From a virus (taxonomy: Duplodnaviria > Heunggongvirae > Uroviricota > Caudoviricetes), in the IMG/VR virus record IMGVR_UViG_3300031992_004563, positions 32,001 through 96,000 of that record: DNA of 64,000 nt; one strand, 5' to 3'. This document shows, piece after piece, positions 10,653-19,734 of this stretch. Every line of letters begins with the position of its first letter. Position 1 is the stretch's first letter. The notes beneath the pieces are model-generated. The model searched no databases. It saw only the letters and a program-made list of their open reading frames with translations, and was not told the origin of the DNA. Both the position numbers and the translations under genes were made by a program.

Positions 10653-12599
10653 ATGGAAAATGAAATAACAAAAGAACATATAGAAAAACAAGTTCATGAA
10701 TGGGCTGATAATAATTTGACATTATTTTCATTCAGAGAACATCAATTTGAATATATAGTTGATACTATATATTCAATTTTATCTGGCAATCATATTAATA
10801 TTATTGAGGCTCCAACAGGTTCAGGAAAATCAATTATGGTTATTATAATGGCTGGAGTTCTTTTTGAATATTATGACAAAAAGTCATATATTCTTTGTTC
10901 GGATTTATATCTATGGGATCAATATAATAAAGCCATTGACAAATATAGATTACAAAAATTTGGTAGAATAAAAGGATTACGTGGAAATTATATATGTGAT
11001 GAAACTGAAGAAGATATAGTTGCAGCACCGTGTAGATTAGCATTAATTCCTTTTACCAGTCTTGGTAATAGAGACTGGGCTCTTAAAAATAATTGGCCAT
11101 GTGCTATTTCATGCAAATATGTTAGAGAAAGATTTAGAGCTATAAATTCAGGTATAACATTAATGACATATCAATTATGGTTTGAATATATGATGATATG
11201 TAATGGAACATATGGCACAGATTCTCCATTTAAAGAACGTCAAATTATATTTTGTGATGAGTGTCATAAAGTTCCATCATTATGTCAAGAAGCTAGAGCA
11301 ATTTGTGTAGATGAACATAATATGTTAAATGAAGTTAGTGAAATATTAACATATTGCAAAGAAAATGATTTTATGCTTGATCATCTTGAATTTATGAGAG
11401 ATGTTGATATTGATAGATTTTTGAGAGAATTTAAAGATGTTATTGAAAAGTTTATTAATATTCCAAAAGAAAATCAAGATGAAATATGTGAAGTTTTGGA
11501 AGAATATCAAAGCTATGTTGCATCATATCCAGTTCAATGCTATAATGCAATGAGAACAATGTATGAACAATTATCTAAAGAAAACCCAGAACAAAAACCA
11601 CATCTTTCTAAAAAAGAATTTAAAATCTATAATTTAGCAAAGAAAATGGATGCACATATGTGTGATATTAACAAATACTTTAAAATGGTTAGTATAATGA
11701 GTGATGAATATGCACAAGACCCAAATCATGTTGAAGACCCAAAACACCCATATGGCACAAGATATATTGTTAAAACAGATAATAAAGTTATAAATGAAAT
11801 AACTGGAAGAAAAGAATGGCCAGACAATCCAGTAATAACTTTAAAATTTGCCAAAGAAGATTATTTAGTTTATGACACTTTATTAACTCCATCGCCATAT
11901 GTTGTTATGCTATCAGCAACAATTGGAGGTCATGCAGCATTTGATGAAAATATTGGAACTAAATACACAGTAGATAAGAATTCAATAATGTTTAGAATTC
12001 CATCAACATTTGATTTCTCTAAGTCACCAATATATTATTTACATGGCAAAAAAATGTCAAGAGAATCTATTAATGAGAATTTTCCAATTAATGCAGCTAT
12101 TATTAATAAGATTTTAAAATCGCCAAAACATGAAAATGAAAAAGGCATAATTCATACAGGTTCATATAAAAATGCATGGGATTTGTTTAAATTATTAGAT
12201 AAAGATGTGCAGGAACGCGTGTTTATTTATAATGATTCTAAAGAGAAACAAGATATATTGAAAAAATATGCAAAATCAAAGAATGGCGTTTTAATTGGGC
12301 CTACTTTAACTGAGGGTATTGATTTACCAAATGATGGATGTAGATTCATAATTATATTTAAGATTCCATATCCATACCTTGGTGATGAATTGGTCAAAGC
12401 AAAAGTTTCATTATTCCCAAAATGGTATAATTCAGAAACATCTAAATCTATTATTCAAGGTGTTGGACGTGGAAATAGAACACCAACGGATTGGTGTACA
12501 ACATATATTTTAGATGGATGTTTTGCAAGATTATATGAGGAAACAAGAGAACAATATGCTCCTGAATTTAGAGAGCGAATCAAATTATTAAATAGTTAA
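10653..12599 (+). CDS. DinG/Rad3-like SF2 helicase
   Basis: EAPTGSGKS, DECH, SAT, EGIDLP, QGVGRGNR motifs; Cys cluster for Fe-S. Confidence 0.9.
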   Translation: MENEITKEHIEKQVHEWADNNLTLFSFREHQFEYIVDTIYSILSGNHINIIEAPTGSGKSIMVIIMAGVLFEYYDKKSYILCSDLYLWDQYNKAIDKYRLQKFGRIKGLRGNYICDETEEDIVAAPCRLALIPFTSLGNRDWALKNNWPCAISCKYVRERFRAINSGITLMTYQLWFEYMMICNGTYGTDSPFKERQIIFCDECHKVPSLCQEARAICVDEHNMLNEVSEILTYCKENDFMLDHLEFMRDVDIDRFLREFKDVIEKFINIPKENQDEICEVLEEYQSYVASYPVQCYNAMRTMYEQLSKENPEQKPHLSKKEFKIYNLAKKMDAHMCDINKYFKMVSIMSDEYAQDPNHVEDPKHPYGTRYIVKTDNKVINEITGRKEWPDNPVITLKFAKEDYLVYDTLLTPSPYVVMLSATIGGHAAFDENIGTKYTVDKNSIMFRIPSTFDFSKSPIYYLHGKKMSRESINENFPINAAIINKILKSPKHENEKGIIHTGSYKNAWDLFKLLDKDVQERVFIYNDSKEKQDILKKYAKSKNGVLIGPTLTEGIDLPNDGCRFIIIFKIPYPYLGDELVKAKVSLFPKWYNSETSKSIIQGVGRGNRTPTDWCTTYILDGCFARLYEETREQYAPEFRERIKLLNS

Positions 12600-12603
12600 A
12601 AGT

Positions 12604-13116
12604 ATGAAAACATTAAAAGAAGTTAAATTAGAAAGATTTGGTCATCAAAATAGATATAAACAAATATATACTTATTATCAAATAACATATATTTGGGAAT
12701 ATAAATTTTTAGGGATGACATTTCATAAAGAAGAGAAAGTTCCAATATTATTTGAAAATGAAGTTGATGCAACTAACTTTATTGAATGCGGGTGTAATGT
12801 TGAAATGGATATTGGGGAAAATCTATATAGAAAACCACTTTATCAATTTTATGCATATAAAATGGATGATCCGGATAAAAAATATAAAATACAGGTGGAT
12901 GGACCGCTAGATGGATATGAATCTTTATTTGTAGTTAAGGGGTATGAACAAGAAGAAACATGGGTTTCTTCAAGTGGTGGAAAAATAAGTGATTTTTTTG
13001 AAAAACTAAAACTGCATGAAGACTTTGTTGCACAGCAAAATGAAAAAGAAAGAAAAAATAAAGAATATGTTGATAGTTTATATGAGGTAAAAACATATAA
13101 AATTGAAAAAATTTAA
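12604..13116 (+). CDS. Hypothetical protein
   Basis: Operonic 170-aa ORF. Confidence 0.7.
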   Translation: MKTLKEVKLERFGHQNRYKQIYTYYQITYIWEYKFLGMTFHKEEKVPILFENEVDATNFIECGCNVEMDIGENLYRKPLYQFYAYKMDDPDKKYKIQVDGPLDGYESLFVVKGYEQEETWVSSSGGKISDFFEKLKLHEDFVAQQNEKERKNKEYVDSLYEVKTYKIEKI

Positions 13117-13160
13117 CTTCTATTTTTTATTTTGAATAAAAAGATATAATTTTGTTATAG
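13115..13160 (+). promoter_or_regulatory. Class A promoter
   Basis: AACTTCTATTTTTT...TAATTTTG. Confidence 0.7.
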
Positions 13161-13182
13161 AAAATTAAAAATTAGTAAAATT

Positions 13183-13536
13183 ATGGAAATTATTGATTTA
13201 ACTAAAGAAAATGCACAAGGCCATTTTGGGCATGACCAAATAGATGGGTTAACACAACCAGGTAATTATCGAATTCCTATTCGTACATATACTGATGATA
13301 AAGGTGAACATCACCGTTCAATTGCGGTAGAAGTTGTATCAGTATTTGTTGATAGAGGAACTCAGCTTATTGTAGTTCCAGATGATATGCATGATTATTA
13401 TTACATCTTTTATTATAATGGCAATGAACAATGTTTCAAACCTAATTGGGACCCAGATGAAGATTATCAAAAAGTTCTTAATTGGATCAATATTGAGGTT
13501 GAAACCGATGAAGACGGAAATATTATAGAAGATTAA
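13183..13536 (+). CDS. Hypothetical protein
   Basis: ORF downstream of class A promoter. Confidence 0.7.
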   Translation: MEIIDLTKENAQGHFGHDQIDGLTQPGNYRIPIRTYTDDKGEHHRSIAVEVVSVFVDRGTQLIVVPDDMHDYYYIFYYNGNEQCFKPNWDPDEDYQKVLNWINIEVETDEDGNIIED

Positions 13537-13583
13537 GTAAACTTTTTTCAAAAACAAAATATAATAAATAATAAAAAATTTAT

Positions 13584-13630
13584 CTTCTATTTTTTAGTTT
13601 GATTAAAAAGATGTAATTTTGTATCGTTAA
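13584..13630 (+). promoter_or_regulatory. Class A promoter
   Basis: CTTCTATTTTTTAG...TAATTTTGTATCGTTAA. Confidence 0.75.
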
Positions 13631-13645
13631 ATTAAAAAATATATT

Positions 13646-13819
13646 ATGGAAGACCTTTTAATATCTATTAATGATAAAATTTTTAGTTCATCTGATATTA
13701 AATATCAATGTGATTTAGATGGAACTATTATTAAAAGAAGTGATGGTAAACAATGGGAAATTAAATATAATTATAAAAAACATCAATTATATTTAAAAAA
13801 ATTGAAACAAAATAAATAA
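13646..13819 (+). CDS. Small hypothetical protein (57 aa)
   Basis: ATG right after promoter; MEDLLISINDKIFSS... Confidence 0.55.
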   Translation: MEDLLISINDKIFSSSDIKYQCDLDGTIIKRSDGKQWEIKYNYKKHQLYLKKLKQNK

Positions 13820-13870
13820 ATAAAATATAATAAATAAAAAGAAAAATAATAATTTAATTACTGAATTACA

Positions 13871-13969
13871 ATGATGAAGAGTTTTAAAAATAGTAGATGT
13901 TTTGCAAGCAGTACTTTTAAAAGCACTAGCTGTAAACTTTTTTGGCTCTTTGAGAAGGGTATTCAGTGA
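13871..13969 (+). CDS. Leader peptide of tRNA operon 1 (MMKSFKNSRCFASSTFKSTSCKLFWLFEKGIQ)
   Basis: 21 of 32 residues are K/F/S(AGY)/C/W/L(CTY), matching downstream tRNAs; stop codon lies within the antiterminator strand. Confidence 0.75.
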   Translation: MMKSFKNSRCFASSTFKSTSCKLFWLFEKGIQ

Positions 13970-14064
13970 TTAAAGAAGATTATACATTTTAAGCGATTAT
14001 ATATTTCTTAAGATTAGACATTTACAAAGTTCTTTAGTCACTATGATTAAAGAACTTCATTTTT
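13965..14064 (+). promoter_or_regulatory. Attenuator: antiterminator 13965-13977, terminator 14027-14064
   Basis: AGTGATTAAAGAA and TGATTAAAGAACTT both pair with AAGTTCTTTAGTCA(CT); T run follows; first tRNA starts 5 nt later. Confidence 0.75.
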
Positions 14065-14068
14065 ATAT

Positions 14069-14141
14069 AGATCGGTAGTTTAATTGGTAGAATGACGCAC
14101 TCCAAATGCGTGGGATATGGGTTCGAATCCTGTCCGGTCTG
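14069..14141 (+). tRNA. tRNA-Trp(CCA)
   Basis: Cloverleaf; ACGCA CTCCAAA TGCGT; TTCGAAT. Confidence 0.9.
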
Positions 14142-14245
14142 CAAAACAAAATGATTAAAAGGATAAAACAATGAAACGAAAACAAGTCAAACATATTTAA
14201 TGTCTCGTTAAATCAGAGAGATTACGAGGCATTGTAAAAACAAAC

Positions 14246-14321
14246 GCACTCGTAGCTCAGTTGGTTTTAGAGCACGCGCCTTTTAAGCGTGGGGTCCCGG
14301 GTTCGAATCCCGGTGGGTGCA
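14246..14321 (+). tRNA. tRNA-Lys(TTT)
   Basis: Cloverleaf; CGCGC CTTTTAA GCGTG. Confidence 0.92.
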
Positions 14322-14337
14322 CAAATTAAATAAGTTT

Positions 14338-14411
14338 GGTCTTATAGTTTAATTGGTAAAATCTCGCACTTTTAATGCGTAAGAGTCTCGGTTCGAATCC
14401 GGGTGGGACCA
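14338..14411 (+). tRNA. tRNA-Lys(TTT)
   Basis: Cloverleaf; TCGCA CTTTTAA TGCGT. Confidence 0.88.
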
Positions 14412-14438
14412 CAAAAATGAACATTGAAATTTTATTAT

Positions 14439-14678
14439 GGAGCTTTGGCAGACATGGTGTATGCGCCGGACTGATCATAGATTAGCAACTATAATAAAGA
14501 GCTAATTATCATATGAATGGGAATTGGGATACCATCGCTTGAGATAATATCAAAATAGTGGGAGAGGAAGGTGTTCTCCATAAAGGTTGATAAAATTTTT
14601 AAAAAATTTTATAATTTAGGTTCGAGTCCTAATATGGTAACAAATCCGGTTAACGAGGTTCGAGTCCTCGAGGCTCCG
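14439..14678 (+). tRNA. tRNA-Phe(GAA) with ~167-nt anticodon-loop intron (14475-14641)
   Basis: 5' half GGAGCTT...CCGGA CTGA; 3' half AAA TCCGG...TTCGAGT...AGGCTCC. Confidence 0.8.
14506..14641 (+). ncRNA. tRNA-like element nested in the tRNA-Phe intron
   Basis: 8-bp acceptor TTATCATA/TATGGTAA, D-like arm, T arm TTAGG TTCGAGT CCTAA; no canonical anticodon arm. Confidence 0.6.
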
Positions 14679-14702
14679 CAAATTTGAACATTGAAATAAT
14701 AT

Positions 14703-14775
14703 GGACCAGTAGCTCAAATAGTAGAGCACATCCCTGAAGAGGATGGTGTAGGCGGGGCAGTACCGTCCTGGTCCA
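14703..14775 (+). tRNA. tRNA-Phe(GAA), variant T loop
   Basis: CATCC CTGAAGA GGATG; T loop GGCAGTA. Confidence 0.85.
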
Positions 14776-14780
14776 CAAAT

Positions 14781-14960
14781 GGGTCAGTAGCTTAAAATGG
14801 ACAAAGCACGGTAAAAAGAAGTGGCCGCGGTGTCAATCAGTAATCTGAAATATGGTACTGTAATTTTGCGGAAGCACCGAAAAGAAGTGATATTCGAGTA
14901 AGGAAGCGCATTTTATGTGGCACCTTAAACATAATGCGGGTTCAAATCCCACCTGATCCA
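14781..14960 (+). ncRNA. tRNA scaffold with large inserts in anticodon and variable regions
   Basis: GGGTCAG/CTGATCC acceptor, D arm GCTT/AAGC, T arm GCGGG TTCAAAT CCCAC. Confidence 0.65.
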
Positions 14961-14972
14961 CGAAAATTAAAT

Positions 14973-15049
14973 GACCGAGTGCTCGAGTGGTTTAAGGGGT
15001 GTGGCCGCAACCCACATATTTTTCGTCAGTTCGAATCTGACCTCGGTTT
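14973..15049 (+). tRNA. tRNA-Cys(GCA)
   Basis: TGTGG CCGCAAC CCACA; U73; C at position 33. Confidence 0.85.
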
Positions 15050-15061
15050 CAAAAATAAAAT

Positions 15062-15151
15062 AGAGGAGTACCCAAGTTGGTGAAGGGACCGCATTGCTAA
15101 CGCGGCAGGTCGGAGAAATTCGGCGCAGGAGTTCGAGCCTCCTCTCCTCTA
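15062..15151 (+). tRNA. tRNA-Ser(GCT)
   Basis: Long variable arm; loop TTGCTAA. Confidence 0.9.
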
Positions 15152-15198
15152 CAAAATTATGTATTAATGTGTTTACCAATTTTGTCACTATAGTACTT

Positions 15199-15217
15199 AA
15201 ATAAATATAATATAAAA
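15199..15217 (+). promoter_or_regulatory. Class C (late-like) motif AAATAAATATAATATAAAA
   Basis: Identical 19-mer at 15199, 30644 and 37341, each just upstream of an endonuclease gene. Confidence 0.6.
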
Positions 15218-15233
15218 AGTATTTTATTTAATT

Positions 15234-16247
15234 ATGGAATATAAATGTATATGTGGAAAAGAATTTGATAATGCATTAGCATTAGGCGGGCATAAAGGTA
15301 ATTGCCAATAGGCTAAAGAAGAAAGATAGAAACAATTAAAAATTTTAAAATTAAAAGAAGATAATTATAATTGTATATGTAATTGTGGAAGAAAATTTAA
15401 AACACTAAAAAGTCTAAATTCACATGCTAGATTTTGTGATCAATATTAGAAAAAAGATAAATAGCTATCTAAATATTTAAATACAGAAACATTAATATAT
15501 AAATGTGAATGTGGGTATGAAACAAAAAATTATTAGTCATTAAATTCACATTTTTCTCATTGTAAATTACATAGGCAAATAAATAATAAAGATTGTTCAG
15601 ATGAATATTGGAATAAAAGAAATCATCCGGGTAAAATGTTAGGGTGGGATAATTTTTCAGAAGAGAAAATAAAATCAATATATAAAAAATGTTAGTTAAC
15701 ATTACATAATAAGTATAAATCTGGTGAATTAATACCGACTTTTATGGGAAAACAACATACTGAAGAAACTAAAAAACATTTATCAGATATTGCGGTAGAA
15801 CATAAATTAAATGGAACATCTCCAGCACATTTAGGTGAGCATATGTCATATTTAGAAAAATGGTTTTATAATGAAATTTTATAGAAATATAATATTTTAA
15901 ATAAATTTGATGTTGTAAGAGAATATTGCGAAAAACCATATTTTATTGATTATTCTTTTCCTAATATTAAAGTTGGGTTTGAAATGGATGGCATGTTTCA
16001 TTTAACAGATGAAAATCATATAAGACATGATAAAAAACGAGATGAATATTTAACTAGTATTGGTTGGACACTATATAGATATAATTATGAACAAATTAAA
16101 TATGATACTGATAAAACAATTGAAGATATATTAAATGTAATTCAAAAATATACAGATAATAAATTAGGAGAAGCTAAATTATATAGTTATCAAGAATATA
16201 AAAAATTAATTACCCCAGTACCCGAATTGGTATAGGGGCCAGATTAA
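15234..16247 (+). CDS. Free-standing homing-type endonuclease: 3 Zn fingers, NUMOD3, DUF559/Vsr-like domain (TAG=Gln)
   Basis: CxCG...HxxxC three times; FMGKQHTEETKKHLS; FIDY...FEMDGMFH; 8 in-frame TAG; stop falls inside tRNA-Leu. Confidence 0.8.
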
Positions 16248-16293
16248 GGATCTGGTGTCACAAGACATGAGGGTTCGAGTCCCTCCTGGGGTA
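16212..16293 (+). tRNA. tRNA-Leu(AAG)
   Basis: CCAGA TTAAGGA TCTGG; long variable arm; ACCCCAG/CTGGGGT. Confidence 0.88.
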
Positions 16294-16323
16294 CAATAAA
16301 TATTTAAATGAATAATTTAATCT

Positions 16324-16674
16324 ATGAATATTGAATATTCAGTTAAAGAAGAAACAACAGATTTTGGAAAGGTTTGGTATTTTACCGATGAAGAGAATGT
16401 ATCAAGATTTGCTCTTTATATGTATAATGATGAACCCCAAAATTTTTATTTATCTAATATATATGTAGATATTAAATATAGACAATCTGGGCGAGGAAAT
16501 TATATTTTAGAAAAAGCAACAGAAATTGCTAAAAAATACAATGCAGAAAAGCTAATGTTAAAGGTTCTTGATAAATCTTTTATGCATGAATGGTATGAAC
16601 GGCATGGATTTAAAGATTTAATATATGATGAAGAAGAAAATGAATATATTTGGATGATTAAAGAACTTAAATAA
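16324..16674 (+). CDS. GNAT acetyltransferase
   Basis: IYVDIKYRQSGRG motif A; WYERHGF. Confidence 0.85.
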   Translation: MNIEYSVKEETTDFGKVWYFTDEENVSRFALYMYNDEPQNFYLSNIYVDIKYRQSGRGNYILEKATEIAKKYNAEKLMLKVLDKSFMHEWYERHGFKDLIYDEEENEYIWMIKELK

Positions 16675-16704
16675 AATAGAAAATAAAAATAGAGGTTTAA
16701 TTGA

Positions 16705-16753
16705 AACTTCTATTTTTTCTTTTATATAATTTTTATTATTTTTGTATCGTTAA
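16705..16753 (+). promoter_or_regulatory. Class A promoter overlapping a terminator-like hairpin
   Basis: AAAATAGAGGTTT/AAACTTCTATTTT hairpin, then TATTTTTGTATCGTTAA. Confidence 0.7.
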
Positions 16754-16770
16754 TTAAAATACATAATTAT

Positions 16771-17085
16771 ATGAGCAAAAGTTATTCAAAAATAAAAAAA
16801 TTTGGTATTTGTACTGGTAGCAATACTGAATATTATCGTGAGAAGCGTCGTACTATTCGTGCAAAGGATAAACAGTTAATTCGTAATACCCTTGCTCATC
16901 ATAATGTATCTGAGTTTGATGAAGTATATACACCGCTTAATTTACCATTTAAAAACGATTGGAATGAGCCTACTGATGGTACTTTTGTAATGGATGCAAA
17001 ATCTATAGATAGAGATACAATTAAAAGTCCACATGGTGGATATGCAGGAATATATACCACAAAAGATGGTAAGATTAAAAAATAA
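16771..17085 (+). CDS. Hypothetical basic protein
   Basis: First ORF after promoter. Confidence 0.7.
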   Translation: MSKSYSKIKKFGICTGSNTEYYREKRRTIRAKDKQLIRNTLAHHNVSEFDEVYTPLNLPFKNDWNEPTDGTFVMDAKSIDRDTIKSPHGGYAGIYTTKDGKIKK

Positions 17086-17283
17086 AAATAATATGAAGTG
17101 CGAAAATTACATAAGAGACAAATATTGTAGAGGCTATAACATTTGGCCATGTACAAGAGAGGCAAGATGGAGATTGACATATTGGAATGGAAATTCTCAA
17201 TGCCTATGTGGAATATGTAAAGGCAAAATAATGCACGCAATTCGTGAAGAAGGTGGAGAAAACAGAACAAAAATTGAAAAATT

Positions 17284-17700
17284 ATGATAACAGTAAAAAG
17301 ACTTAAAGAGATAATAACATCAGAAGGTGATAATTGGAAAATTGAGTTTCATAAATGGGAACATATGTCTCCAACACCTGATGGTCCTTACCAAGGCTAC
17401 AAAGGTATGCCCAATATTGTTGGTGTTCGTATCATTGATATTAGCGAAAGAATTAGTGATATTGTTGGTTGTAAAATTCGAACATTCACAGTAGAGGATG
17501 ATATTGATGAGGATTTATTTGGCACACCTCAAGAAATTATTGATAAACTTTGTAAAGGTTTAAATGACAATGATTTCATTGATTTTGTTCTTGAGGTTGA
17601 AGAAACACCTGGCCATTCAGATCATATTCCTTTGCATATTAGGCTTTGCGATAAAGGTTACAGTGATAGAACAATTATAATTAGTGTTGATGAAGAGTAA
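17284..17700 (+). CDS. Hypothetical protein
   Basis: Operonic ORF. Confidence 0.7.
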   Translation: MITVKRLKEIITSEGDNWKIEFHKWEHMSPTPDGPYQGYKGMPNIVGVRIIDISERISDIVGCKIRTFTVEDDIDEDLFGTPQEIIDKLCKGLNDNDFIDFVLEVEETPGHSDHIPLHIRLCDKGYSDRTIIISVDEE

Positions 17701-17714
17701 AAAATTAAAATTAT

Positions 17715-17993
17715 ATGAAAAAAGCAAATAACAAAGAAAATAATATTAATGAATATTTGTTGGCCTTTTTAGGTCCATTGCTTGGAGTTGCTTTAGTAAC
17801 TCTTCCAACGTTGAGAACAATGTCCTTTATTAACTATCTTATTTTAGTTGGAGAAGTATATCTTTGTATTATTGGTTTTGTGGTAGCCTTTCTCATTTTG
17901 CTTGGGCTTGTAATGTTATTTGTAAGAATTCCGCTAATTGATAAGATACTTTTTTCAGAGGCATCAAAACATGATTATAGTGATGATATATGA
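17715..17993 (+). CDS. Small membrane protein
   Basis: Two hydrophobic segments. Confidence 0.65.
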   Translation: MKKANNKENNINEYLLAFLGPLLGVALVTLPTLRTMSFINYLILVGEVYLCIIGFVVAFLILLGLVMLFVRIPLIDKILFSEASKHDYSDDI

Positions 17994-18162
17994 GAACTAA
18001 TTTAGACGAAATAGAAGCAGACTTACATCAATGGGATAATACATGTGAACATTTAGGAGGTTATGAATGTGCAGAATGCTTATTAAGTCAAAACAATATA
18101 ACTTGTTTTTATTTAGAAAATCAAGAATGCTGTCCTAATTTTAAATCAAAATTTGAAGTATT

Positions 18163-18573
18163 ATGAATAAAGACATGGTAAACATTATTTCAAATGCATT
18201 AGTAACAATGGGTTATCGTACATCCGATTTTGAGACATATATGAAGCCTATTGGTTTTGCATTATTAATTGCAAAAATTAAACTTTCAAGTGAAAGCGAT
18301 GGTATAATTGTTGAAATTAAACTTGCATTTAATAATGCTACTACAGGTGAGATAACTTTTTGGGATCATAAAGATTTTGCTTGGGATTCTGCTGATGTGA
18401 ATGTTATTAAAGAAAAAGAAAATAAAACAGAGGAAGATATTTATAATGATGCATGCACTGAAATTGCATATGCAGAAGCATTTATTGGATTGGAACATGT
18501 TAGCATACAGCATAAATATCAGACATTTGCATTTAAAACATCTAACGATATTTTTCAACTTATAAAAATATAA
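18163..18573 (+). CDS. Hypothetical protein
   Basis: Operonic ORF. Confidence 0.7.
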   Translation: MNKDMVNIISNALVTMGYRTSDFETYMKPIGFALLIAKIKLSSESDGIIVEIKLAFNNATTGEITFWDHKDFAWDSADVNVIKEKENKTEEDIYNDACTEIAYAEAFIGLEHVSIQHKYQTFAFKTSNDIFQLIKI

Positions 18574-18579
18574 TAATTT

Positions 18580-18942
18580 ATGGCAAAAATTGGAGATAGA
18601 ATATATTTTCGTTGTTGGGATGGTAAAATCGAAACAAAGATTATTACCACCATTGAAGACAGACATGGTGTAGTTTACGATGATGGAAAAACTCGTATCG
18701 AGGACGACTATCAGATGTATAGCACTGGTCCTAATGAGGCAATTGAGTCTTATAACTGTTTGCCATCTGATGATCCAGATGTTGTAGAATTTATTCAATG
18801 GCATGGTGGCGAACAAGCAATGTCTGTAAAAGAGGAAATTGCGGCTTGGTTATTTTCAAAAGGCTATATTAGCGAACCTGATGATATTTTGGTAAAAAGT
18901 TTTTTTATCAATTTATATAATATTGATGAAGACGATTTATAA
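18580..18942 (+). CDS. Hypothetical protein
   Basis: Operonic ORF. Confidence 0.7.
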   Translation: MAKIGDRIYFRCWDGKIETKIITTIEDRHGVVYDDGKTRIEDDYQMYSTGPNEAIESYNCLPSDDPDVVEFIQWHGGEQAMSVKEEIAAWLFSKGYISEPDDILVKSFFINLYNIDEDDL

Positions 18943-18988
18943 ACTTTATCAAAATAATTTGATATAAAATATAAAACTTATAAAAAGT

Positions 18989-19183
18989 ATGGCAAAAATT
19001 ATTACTATAGAAGAACATTCTAAATTGAAGAGTTGCCACTGTGATAAAGGAAAACATCGATTTAGAGAAAATCCATTTGGAATTACATGGTGTGTTATTT
19101 GTGGACAACTATCAGTAAATAACAAAGGCAAAATTGAGCCATTACAAGAAGATGAAAAATTAATTATTAAATGTTATGAATGA
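18989..19183 (+). CDS. Small Cys/His protein
   Basis: CHC...H...CVICG. Confidence 0.6.
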   Translation: MAKIITIEEHSKLKSCHCDKGKHRFRENPFGITWCVICGQLSVNNKGKIEPLQEDEKLIIKCYE

Positions 19184-19493
19184 ACAAAAACCAAAAATAA
19201 CTTGGAAAAATTTTAAGATTTGGCTTAAAGACCAATTTAGTAGAAAGAGATTTTTCTATAATATGTTTATTAGTAGAAATGCATGGGGTGCATTCTCTAT
19301 TAATTCTCATATTAACCAGCATACTGGACAACCAAAGGTAACATATAATCATTTTAAAACTGCACAAAAATCTGCAGAGAAAATGAGTCAAAAACATAAT
19401 ACTCATTTTAGTGTATATAAATGTTTGTTCTGTGATGGTTATCATATTGGAAAGAATAGAGATAATAAAACAGATTATGATAAACAAAGTTAA
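19176..19493 (+). CDS. Hypothetical Zn-binding protein
   Basis: VYKCLFCDGYHIG. Confidence 0.7.
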   Translation: MNEQKPKITWKNFKIWLKDQFSRKRFFYNMFISRNAWGAFSINSHINQHTGQPKVTYNHFKTAQKSAEKMSQKHNTHFSVYKCLFCDGYHIGKNRDNKTDYDKQS

Positions 19494-19495
19494 TT

Positions 19496-19729
19496 ATGCC
19501 AAGAAAAGTAAATTTTGATGTAACATGTCGTTATGGCATAACATACAATGTAGAACTTCATGGAAGTGAAGGTGCAAAATGGCGTACAGTTGATATGCTT
19601 GGAAGGTGTTGTTGTTTTGTATGCCATAATCATGATTGTAAAGAACCACGCGATGAAAGAATACCATGTTCAATGTGGTGTAAAGTATATGGTGCAAAAA
19701 CACCTTGGTGCGAAGAAACTAAAAAATAA
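19496..19729 (+). CDS. Small Cys-rich protein
   Basis: Operonic, many Cys. Confidence 0.55.
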   Translation: MPRKVNFDVTCRYGITYNVELHGSEGAKWRTVDMLGRCCCFVCHNHDCKEPRDERIPCSMWCKVYGAKTPWCEETKK

Positions 19730-19734
19730 AAATT

